Source of the DNA: Oopsacas minuta
Lineage: Eukaryota; Animalia; Porifera
DNA: 7,462 bases
Direction: 5' to 3'
NCBI GenBank assembly: GCA_024704765.1
Contig: JAKMXF010000189.1
Span: 1-7,462, forward strand
The notes under the pieces were generated by a model, which did no database searches, was not told the origin of the DNA, and was given only the letters and a program-made list of their open reading frames with translations. Both the position numbers and the translations under genes were made by a program. Within the stretch, counting starts at the first letter, position 1. Every line of letters begins with the position of its first letter. Of this stretch, positions 1 through 7,425 are shown piece by piece.

Positions 1-193
1 AAACTTCTTGACGTTTGGCTTGTTGCATTTATTTCGAAGAATTCTAGTTCACCACAGAATAGGGATAAAATGCTCAGTAATCACCAAGGATGACGCGACG
101 AAATCAAAGAAATGATGTAAAAATCAAAATTTTTGAAATAACAAAAATATGTATTATATTATTCATGTAAAGTGATCGAGATATATCAATTTC

Positions 194-1901
194 GTGCTTT
201 TGCAATATTATGGGTTCTTAAGAAACAATCAGAAAATTGTAAATAATTTCGTTTCAGACTGTATGTGCGGCCATTTGACGAAGAAACACCCTGATGAGAA
301 AGACAAGGATCTTAAATATTTCCGGACTTTAAGCAAGCAGTTTGCAAATCGTAGTTCCATAGATGGAATGATTGACAAAATTACCACTAGAAATGACGAT
401 GGTCTTGTTGCTTCCTACAATATATCTCTTTTAATCGACAAATGTGGAAAGCTTCATACAATAGCTGAAAGGCTCATCCATCCAGCTAAAGAGAGGCTGT
501 ATCTACTGGCATACATCAAGATGCGTCTTGTGTAGTTAGATCAATTCCCTTAGGTAATAACTCAGTTTCGAGGAGGATGAGCAAAGTTATGTAAAGTTTT
601 ACAAACAACGGAATTCGCTTTGCAGCTTGATGAGTCAACCTTACGTGACAAGAAAGCCATATTTATGGAATATGTATGATATATTCATAATGGCGTATCA
701 AAAGAAGAAATGCTCTTCTCCAAGCCCTAGAAACAAATACTGAAGATGAGACAATATTTATGGTGCTAAGCAATATTGTGAAGAGAAGAAGATACCAATG
801 GGAAATATTATTGCATATGCTACTGATGGAGCACCTTCAATGATTGGACGTCATCGTGGTTTCAGAGCTAATCTGAAACGAGCTGTGCCGAATGTTTTCT
901 CTATTCACTTGTCATACATAGTTATCATTTGATCGCCAAGCACCTAACAGCTAATCTTCACCAGTCTTTGCAAATCGTGATTACTGCTACGAACAAAATC
1001 AAAAGAACTCACTGAATGATCGCATCTTTCAGCAACTTTGTGAAAACAATGACTAAGATTACAAACGCCTCCCTTTACATACTGAAGTTAAGTGGCTTTC
1101 TAAAAGTAATTGTTTGAAACGATTTCATCAACTGTTTGATTCTATGGTCGAGTTCCTAGAAGAATACGATTCAACTCTCGCAGAAAAGGTTAAAATGATA
1201 AGAACTGATGTTGCTTACTTAGTTGACATATTCTAGAAACTGAATATAGTGAATAAGCAGCTACAAGGGACTAATACTACTCTTTATTCAAGCGAAGGGC
1301 ATTGTTCTAGCTTTCTTAAGTAAACTGACCTTGTCCCGACAGAATATTGCGCGCCGTGAATTTGGGCACTTACCTTGTTTATATGAACTAGATATAGCAA
1401 ATAATAACATAATTACAGATGACAACATTTATATTTACTCTTCACAAGTTGATTCCCTTAGCGAAGATTTGTTGATTAGATTCAAAGATTAAACCGAGTT
1501 AGTTATTTCCAATTTTGTGATAAATCCATTTAGAACAAATATAGAAATCTTGGATCCACAATTTCAAGAAAAATTCATCGATTTGCAGAAGGATATCGAA
1601 TGCAATGCCATATTTACCCAATGTGGATATAGTGCATTCTGGATGAAGAAGGAAGTCTCTAACGCTATCCCCATATTTTTCAAAATCGTAAAATTGATGT
1701 TTGTTCCATTTCCATCATCATATCTTGTCGTAAAGGTTCAGCACAGTAGTTAATCTGCTCACAAAACAAAGAAATCGACAGGAAATAGCAACAAGAGGCG
1801 ACTTGAGACTCTTTCAGGCGCAGTTAGAACCGGATGTAGTCAAACTAGCAAAGAACCACCAAAGTCAAGGATCACATGTTCCAACGTATACTGATACTTA
1901 G
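194..1901 (+). pseudogene. hAT superfamily (Buster/Charlie clade; ZBED5/ZBED8/SCAND3-like) transposase pseudogene with multiple frameshifts and stops
   Basis: Stitching frames gives family motifs in order: HPDEKDKDLKYF, DDGLVASYNISLLI..GKLHTIAERLIHP, IPLGNNSVSRRM, FALQLDES (first catalytic D, 629-631), YATDGAPSMIG (second D, 825-827), LHTEVKWLSK (RW-type motif, 1081-1104), PFPSSYLV (expected E codon reads GTA at ~1730, followed by a frameshift), and the C-terminal VVNLLTKQRNR..RGDLRL..LEPDVVKL..HQSQGSH, ending at TAG 1899-1901. Track ORFs 194..535 and 1517..1753 are pieces of it. The start is approximate. Confidence 0.93.
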
Positions 1902-2004
1902 ATTAGTCCCTAGATACTCTATCAGTCTATCTTTAATATTTCTATATAGTCAGTAATTAAAAACTGATTCAATAAAGTATTAAATAGGAGGCGTTAAGTT
2001 GGTA

Positions 2005-2021
2005 AAGGTTTGGGAACACTG
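2005..2021 (+). repeat. 3' terminal inverted repeat of the hAT/Buster element, followed by a putative 8-bp target site ATATACAT (2022-2029)
   Basis: AAGGTTTGGGAACACTG; the next 8 nt have TA at positions 4-5, matching the nnnTAnnn target preference known for Buster elements. The partner TIR and TSD are not in the window. Confidence 0.75.
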
Positions 2022-2129
2022 ATATACATGATTATGATTTAAGTGAATAACCTGAATTTGCAAGTAGAATCAATTGATAATGCAATATGCGGTCAAATAG
2101 TATTGCTTGAAAATTTATTTAATTGAAGT

Positions 2130-2213
2130 CAGAGGCGATCTATGATTTGTGGCCCGTAACGCGGAGCCTGACTTTTAGAGTCGCCCACAAATTTATAAGT
2201 TTTAGCACCCCTG
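2130..2213. mobile_element. Short hAT-like/MITE remnant ending TTTTAGCACCCCTG
   Basis: The right end's reverse complement is CAGGGGTGCTAAAA, an hAT-type CAGGGGTG terminus, followed by CTCTAGTT (nnnTAnnn). The left boundary CAGAGGCGAT is only a weak inverse match. There is an internal inverted pair ATTTGTGG (2145-2152) / CCACAAAT (2185-2192). The flanking 8-mers do not match. Confidence 0.45.
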
Positions 2214-2579
2214 CTCTAGTTGCTGATTGTTCTCTATCAAATCATACTAAGACGAAGTTCGATTCAAGTGTAGACACAATCTCAGCTTGAGAACGGATGC
2301 TAGCCTTCCATATCATCTAGCCCTGAAATACATGTACTTCAGATATTACTCTAGATTAACATGTTAATCCGCTCCCAGACTTCCTCACTCAGCTGACACC
2401 CTAATTGGTATTGCAAAAATCGCCACTTCCCACTCTAAGCGACTTAAAATTAATTATCCCACAACTCTTACCTGGGCTATTATTCGAGACAATATGTAAT
2501 TTTTCTTTCCAGTTTCAATTAAAGTATGCACAATGGAGAAATTCGCTCACTCTGATTGTCCTTAAGTGTTATACATACG

Positions 2580-2590
2580 TATATATATAT
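2580..2590. repeat. Short (TA)n microsatellite in the intron
   Basis: TATATATATAT within a TA-rich stretch upstream of the 2636 acceptor. Confidence 0.6.
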
Positions 2591-2636
2591 TGATATTCCC
2601 GTATGTATATGCATATAATCTGGCTATCTCCTTTAG

Positions 2637-2939
2637 ATATATTGAAATTTTGAAAGCTAATGTTCGAATTTTTAAGGATATTTCTGAAAGGTACATACTT
2701 GCTCCGCCTAAATATACTTTTAAATCTGTTGTAAGATTACGTGGATTGCCTTATAGATGCAGCGAAGAATCAATTTGCGGATTTATCAATCGTAAATCAA
2801 GGGTATTTCAAAACTCTAGTGGTGTACTAATAATTGAAAACGAAAGATCACTTCCTTCTGGTGATGCATTTGTACTATTTGAGTGTGAGGATGATTTGGA
2901 AAAAGCTATGTCATTAGACCGTACCAATCTTGATGAAAG
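2637..2939 (+). CDS. Internal coding exon of a quasi-RRM splicing regulator (hnRNP F/H-ESRP superfamily; most like ESRP/fusilli/SYM-2)
   Basis: Acceptor CTCCTTTAG| at 2636 and donor AG|GTAATT at 2940. The exon is 303 nt with no stops. It encodes (R)YIEILKA, the end of one qRRM, then VVRLRGLPY (2728-2754) ... GVLII ... PSGDAFVLFECE (2854-2889) ... LDE(R), most of the next qRRM. RYIExxKA and PxGDAFVLFxCE recall ESRP RRM1/RRM2 more than hnRNP H (from memory, not searched). The track's start at 2566 lies in the intron. Confidence 0.85.
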
Positions 2940-3061
2940 GTAATTTTTATCTTTATGAACTATTAAGCTGTATAGTTTTCATTGAATTAGTTACCATAGT
3001 AGGATAGAGAATTTGACTGACCAGTATTTACAGTTTGCTTTATCTCTTCCTACCATTTTTA

Positions 3062-3236
3062 GGGGTACATATCTTTTGTGACAGAACTTTCGCTGCGGGA
3101 CATTTTGTATCAAGACTTTCTTGACGGAGACAATTCGTGATAGAGACAAGACTTTACGTGACAAGATGGGTATATTTCCACACATGGATATAGGTAATAA
3201 TTTTATATTCAATGAATGTTGTGGTTATAGAAACAA
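3062..3236 (+). repeat. MULE left TIR (3' end relative to the transposase)
   Basis: Aligns with the reverse complement of 4677-4844. Examples: AAGACTTTACGTGACAAGATGGGTATATTTCCACACATGGATATAGGTAA vs AAGACTTTCCTTGAAAAGATTGGTATATTT--ACACATGGATACAGATAA, and GTTGTGGTTATAGAAACAA vs GTTGTGGTTATTGAATCAA. Roughly 80% identity by eye. Confidence 0.88.
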
Positions 3237-4626
3237 GAGTAAAATCCCCTGAATTTTTGAACTTTTAATCTGGTAATGTAAAATGTTAGGAAACTCTTAA
3301 GTATTAAAACTCTGGGCGCTGCAAGTAATTCTACACTGAATTTTGTACTGCTTTTTCTCTTTAAAATTTTGCGTTTCGAAGGATTCTGCCCACTTATATA
3401 AAACGCTTGTTTTCCTTCAACCAATCCTCTTAAGTATCGTTAGAAAACGACATATAGAGGGACGATGGCAAGGCATATGACAAGCAAATGAACAGTCCAT
3501 GCCTCAACCACATTATTTGTCCTTGGTGACCCATGCTGAACCATGAAGTTGTTGTTCAACATTCCCCGTGGAAATATTTCACTGGACATAATGGGTGAAT
3601 TAGCGATATGCGTACAAATATAAGTAACTTTAAAGTATATTGCAAGGTAGTCAGCTGCCATAGGTAGTTGTAAGAAAAGGCAATTTAAAAGTTTGGGTAT
3701 GTCAGTAGAAGTTGCATATTCGAGTGCAGGTAGCATTCGCACTTTTACTGCAAATTCTACATCTTGCATATATCTTGCTGCTAGCCCTAATTGTTGAAAG
3801 ATACGCCAGACAATTTTGACATAGATCAAAGAAACAGCCTTGAACCTTTGTAGTTAGGAAGTATTGTGAAAATGTATTAATGGAAGTTATTTCAAAATCC
3901 AAAATTAGATGTGTCGGACAAGCGGTTGGACATAAATCATATTCTTTGTTCCACATGTCTGTAAATGGTACTTACGCCTTGTTTACTATCAATACGTATA
4001 AACATGGGACAATATGACAAATAAATTTCAGATTCGGCCCTCCTTCCATTGCATGCATCACGTACAGTTGATAAAACAAGCTGGGCACGGTTTTACGGTG
4101 GCATTTGCTAACCAGACAGTTGCAGATGGATAAATTCACATTAGTTTGAGTTCCGAATATTTTCGATCCTCTGATTTACACTTTGCACGCCCGAATTGCA
4201 GAGCCCAATTCTTGGTCTTGTTTTGTTTTAGTGTAGCTTTCTGTTATCTCGAGATACTGTAGTGATAGTGGTCCCTGGCGTAACGGAGTAGGTGTAGGAA
4301 TAGTAGAGTAGCTATTCAACTCATCATACTCTTCATCGTCTATAGATTCGCATGAAAGTGAAGCCTTAGGTGTGAAGGAATGTCCTGGCAAAAAAATAAC
4401 CAATAAATTGACGAGTTGATCATTTCCAGGCTGAAAACATTGATAGTGGGCCTGAATGTAATTCTTATGTGTCCCTCGAACCATAGTCTGTGATTATTGA
4501 AAGGTTTGATTATCAATTACACGCTCGTTCTCTTGCAAATTATCACAATTAATCCTGAATTTTGTACAACTCATCAAATAAAAGAATTGCCTCCCTCGAA
4601 CGAACAATGAATTAATTTAGCGACAT
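3209..4626 (-). pseudogene. MULE (Mutator/IS256-type DDE) transposase pseudogene
   Basis: Stitched minus-strand frames give LEITESYTKTK, KIFGTQTNV, WLANATVK (4091-4114; decayed WFxDGTFK), VPSLFYQLYVMH, VPCLYVLI, HLILDFE (DFE 3891-3899), VQGCFFDLCQ, VRMLPALEY, YFKVTYI, PRTNNVVEAW (3497-3523) and HN near the stop at 3209-3211. The start (ATG at 4626) is tentative, and an N-terminal FLYWCH finger could not be confirmed. Track ORFs 3209..3424, 3440..3829, 3702..3956 and 4176..4484 are fragments. Confidence 0.9.
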
Positions 4627-4676
4627 ACAATTTTACACTCCCTATTTCAAACTCCCTACTATAGAAAATAGTAAGG

Positions 4677-4844
4677 TTGATTCAATAACCACAACTATTA
4701 TTGAGTATATAATTGTTATCTGTATCCATGTGTAAATATACCAATCTTTTCAAGGAAAGTCTTGTCGCGAAATGTCTCCGTCACAAAAGTCTTGCCATGA
4801 AATGTCCCGTTGCGAAAGGTCCTATCACGCAAAGTCTGTATCCT
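4677..4844 (-). repeat. MULE right TIR (5' end relative to the transposase), containing five ~15-bp tandem units
   Basis: Units from 4759: GTCTTGTCGCGAAAT / GTCTCCGTCACAAAA / GTCTTGCCATGAAAT / GTCCCGTTGCGAAAG / GTCCTATCACGCAAA / GTCTGTATCC. Inverse homologous units lie at 3073-3170. Confidence 0.88.
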
Positions 4845-4926
4845 CAATTTACATTGCCCAGAATTATCCGAAAACTGTACCACATGTGACATAAGTTTCA
4901 GTTTACATTGCAGAAATTTGATCAAT

Positions 4927-5006
4927 AGCTTGTTCTCATTGATTATTATTTAACACTAGCGCCCTTCGCTTGCTGGGTCGCTGAGCAGTGTGGCTAATGA
5001 AAAGCT
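4927..5006. other. GC-rich nested imperfect hairpin, possibly a Helitron-type terminus
   Basis: Pairings: AGCGCCC (4958-4964) with GGGtCGCT (4975-4982); ACACT (4953-4957) with AGTGT (4987-4991); TCATTG (4936-4941) with TAATGA (4995-5000); AGCTT (4927-4931) with AAGCT (5002-5006). The minus strand reads ...AAGCGAAGGGCGCTAG|T. Confidence 0.4.
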
Positions 5007-5314
5007 TCCGAGCTATAGCTAGACGGTGCTGGGAGACATTGCCGAATAACATTTGAATATCCAAAGCTATTTCGAATTAGTAAAATAGAAATACTATACT
5101 TTTTAGTTTGTAATTCAAATAATAGAGAAAATAATATAAAAATATAATATTTAAAGATTGTTGATAAACTAATTCAATAAAATTCTTCCACCATAGCCAA
5201 TAACGCTACAAAAAACTCATAGCAGCAATCATAGAGTAGCCAAGAAGTCCATACAGTAGCGAAGCAAGGGTATATTATGTTTTACTAAATATTGCATGAA
5301 CAGGAAAATTGTTA

Positions 5315-5350
5315 CAGGGGTGGAATTGGTTAGCTGGTTACCGGCTAACG
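5315..5350 (+). repeat. Class II transposon terminus-like motif, copy 1
   Basis: CAGGGGTGGAATTGGTTAGCTGGTTACCGGCTAACG; 28/37 aligned positions match 6059-6095; preceded by TTA. Confidence 0.5.
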
Positions 5351-6058
5351 TGTCCAGGATGCTGATTTAGATCCTCTTGGTAGACTCATATTTAAGGGAT
5401 CTTAACTATCTACACCTAGTGTCAAAATGTCAAAGCAATTGAATAAGAATTGAGTGAGCTAAGGGAGTTGCATTATCATCCGTCCATGGTCTACAAGGCA
5501 GCTCAGAAATTATCAAAATGGCAAATTCTAGGTCGAGCTCTAGTAAAGCATGTAAACATCTCTTATCTACATATATTGGTTAGAACACATTGATAGCTCG
5601 ACATATGATGATACCAGAGTACGAGAGCTAGAGGCCATTTTACAAATTTTGAGTGGGCATTGTAGACAATGGATAAATGAAAAGGTAAACTCACTGGTCT
5701 CACTCATATCTTATCCGAATGCATTGAAATTTTACACAACGTGTATATAGGTAAGATTTCTCATAATCAGACTCAAATTCGGAGATCTATAATTCTGCGA
5801 GCCTAGCAGACTGGAGCCTTGATAGTTTGAAATATAACCACAAAACATCATTGATTGCAGTAAGAATAATTAAGCGGTTATCCTTATTGAATACCACCTG
5901 TATATCTTCTATATTTTTAATTATCACAGTTTTAAATCGATTCATAATCTTAGTTATCTGGAATATTATATTATGCTATTCAATATAAATCTCCAGGTGA
6001 TATTATACACAAAAACGATTATTATTAGAATTTGACTTTCGGATTTTATAACTCATAG

Positions 6059-6095
6059 TAGGGCTGGATTCGGTTAGCCGATTAACCAGTTAACG
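6059..6095 (+). repeat. Class II transposon terminus-like motif, copy 2 (hAT- or Harbinger-type; superfamily unresolved)
   Basis: TAGGGCTGGATTCGGTTAGCCGATTAACCAGTTAACG, with repeated GGTTA/TAACC motifs; about 600 bp upstream of the Myb/SANT-like ORF. Confidence 0.5.
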
Positions 6096-6125
6096 GCCGC
6101 TTTATACCAGGAGCATTATTAATTA

Positions 6126-6241
6126 AAATTCTTAAGTTAATAGAATAAGGCTCAATTCTTAGAATAATTCTTTCAATTTGAAGAATTCTAAGAATTATAT
6201 TTAGTGGGGTAAAGAGTACACTTAACTTAAAATTTATTCTA
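6126..6241. repeat. AT-rich palindrome array of AATTCTT/AAGAATT motifs
   Basis: Core: AATTCTTAGAATAATTCTTTCAA (6154-6176), T, TTGAAGAATTCTAAGAATT (6178-6196). Outer inverted pair: AAATTCTTAAGTTAA (6126-6140) / TTAACTTAAAATTT (6222-6235). Confidence 0.65.
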
Positions 6242-6658
6242 CTTTTCTATGAAATTATAATAAATAGGCATTTATTTACAAAGAAGATTGTAAATCGCTT
6301 AAGACAATATGTTTGACTATCATATCTACAAGTTGTAATAACCGCAGTATAGAACAAGTCGAACTACATACCAACTATATTTAGATACTATTTCTTGATG
6401 TCACTCTGAATTGTATTATGACATCAATAAAAGTATTTCTGTAATTATATCTCATATACTTTGAAACAAAATGGTGTTGTATTTAAACTAAGGTAAATAA
6501 AGTCAATGTCATTTGAGTGACCTCCTGCAAAATATACGCAATCTACGCAATTTTATCCATTTACCTATATTATCATCTTTAGTTGTGAGTATAAATAATA
6601 ATAAAATGTTAATTAATTATGATTATATCTTAACAATCGCTCCCATTGTGATCACTGA

Positions 6659-7425
6659 AAAATCGAAACTCGATCAAAGAATTTTATTCAGGAGGAGATA
6701 ACGTCACTTGTGGATCTGATTCATAGTCAAAAATCGAAATTGTTCGGCGCTCTAACATCAACTCTGACTTGCGATGATAAGAAGAAAATCCGGGAGAAAT
6801 TTCAGGGAGGCTGTCTGAATTACACGAGAATGTAAGAACAAGAGATGATCAAAAAATGGTATAATATACTAACAAAACAATAAGCCTCGTATTGCAGATA
6901 GGCTAGCATCAGCAAGAGCAACTGGAGGGGTCCTGCAGATGCTGATTTAAATGAAATAGAAGCTAAAATCAGTGGCATCAAAGGGAAGGAAGCGATTGAA
7001 GGCATTGAATCGTGTATCGATCTCTCTCTTGAATCCCAATGTTTCAATGATGAAACTGAAAGGATGCTGATGAGCCCAGTTGTTCCCTCTGAAGATATTG
7101 AAGAAATAAAGTTTTTCCAACAAGCCCAAAGAAAACGTCATCATTTGGAAAATTACGAATTGGAATCGGTCAAACGTGCAATTTTAGAGAAAGAAGATAA
7201 GAATTGGAGATTTTGACTAACATCGATTCTATGCTAGATCGACTTGAGAGTAAATTCGATCGAGTGATCCAGATTTAGCAAGATACAGCAGCGGATCAAT
7301 CAAAAACACTTTCTCTTCTGATGGCCCAAACTATGCCTCTTTTGCCACATTTTCAGACATTGCCCCCTTCATTTCCTACTTCTAATTTGTCTTCATTGCC
7401 TCATTACTTTCAAAGTCAAGATTAG
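6659..7425 (+). pseudogene. Myb/SANT-like DNA-binding ORF (Myb_DNA-bind_5 / NAIF1-MSANTD type) of a PIF/Harbinger element, frameshifted
   Basis: Stitched reading: TRSKNFIQEEITSLVDLIHSQKSKLFG..DKKKI(R; W expected)EK..GRLSELHENVRTRD..KKWYNIL..KPRIADRLASARATGG(G)P (6921-6934) ADADLNEIEAKISGIKGKEAIEGIE, then an acidic, coiled-coil-like tail ending at TAG 7423-7425. Several frameshifts and an in-frame stop. Not reported in the ORF track; the track's minus-strand ORFs 6820..7047 and 6947..7144 are its antisense shadows. Confidence 0.78.

Larger units (their letters stand above)
194..2021 (+). mobile_element. Decayed hAT/Buster DNA transposon; right end in the window, left end not found
   Basis: Transposase pseudogene, then AATAAA (1971-1976), then ...AAGGTTTGGGAACACTG ending at 2021. 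Its reverse complement CAGTGTTCCCAAACC resembles Buster/Charlie TIRs. No matching left TIR was seen in 1-193, so the start coordinate is only the first recognisable coding sequence. Confidence 0.85.
3062..4844 (-). mobile_element. Mutator-like element (MULE) with both long TIRs, non-functional
   Basis: Inverted repeats 3062-3236 and 4677-4844 flank a minus-strand MULE transposase pseudogene. A possible degenerate 9-bp TSD is CCATTTTTA (3053-3061) / CAATTTACA (4845-4853), 6/9 matches, which is weak. Termini are uncertain by 1-2 bp. Confidence 0.85.

Noticed and set aside
2405-2593. Plus-strand 62-aa track ORF
   Set aside because: It has no motif, runs into the TA microsatellite and is most simply intronic.
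2566-2636. N-terminus of track ORF 2566..2943, and a possible 36-nt mini-intron (GTATGT 2601 to AG 2636)
   Set aside because: The upstream peptide is TA-repeat-derived and low-complexity, with no qRRM similarity. Splicing at 2601 would give Pro, not the Arg expected before YIE.
2991-3212. Minus-strand track ORF (73 aa)
   Set aside because: It lies over the MULE left TIR and intron sequence, with no recognisable motifs.
4759-4843. CRISPR-like array
   Set aside because: The units are contiguous and degenerate with no unique spacers, the context is eukaryotic and there are no cas genes.
4848-4918. Direct repeat TTTACATTGC(C)CAGAA at 4848 and 4902 as a TSD or LTR trace
   Set aside because: It brackets only about 35 bp of featureless DNA; more likely a small local duplication.
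4716-4925. Track ORF with TFRD-like 5-aa repeats
   Set aside because: It is a translation of the 15-bp TIR repeats, not a protein.
4951-4995. Twister ribozyme (TAA-CACT...AGTG resembles the L1/P2 of known twisters)
   Set aside because: The conserved P4/L4 (GGUCCCAAGCCC-like) and the GAGGG pseudoknot partner are absent.
4960-5005. HDV-like ribozyme (CCTTCGCT L3-like loop, GGCTAAT J4/2-like)
   Set aside because: P3, P1 and P2 cannot be paired in the required nested double-pseudoknot order.
4994-5015. Hammerhead ribozyme (CTAATGA followed by AGCT-TCCG-AGCT)
   Set aside because: The core departs from CUGANGA, and no GAAA follows stem II.
6820-7144. Two minus-strand track ORFs
   Set aside because: They are antisense to the Myb/SANT pseudogene and have no independent coding signal.
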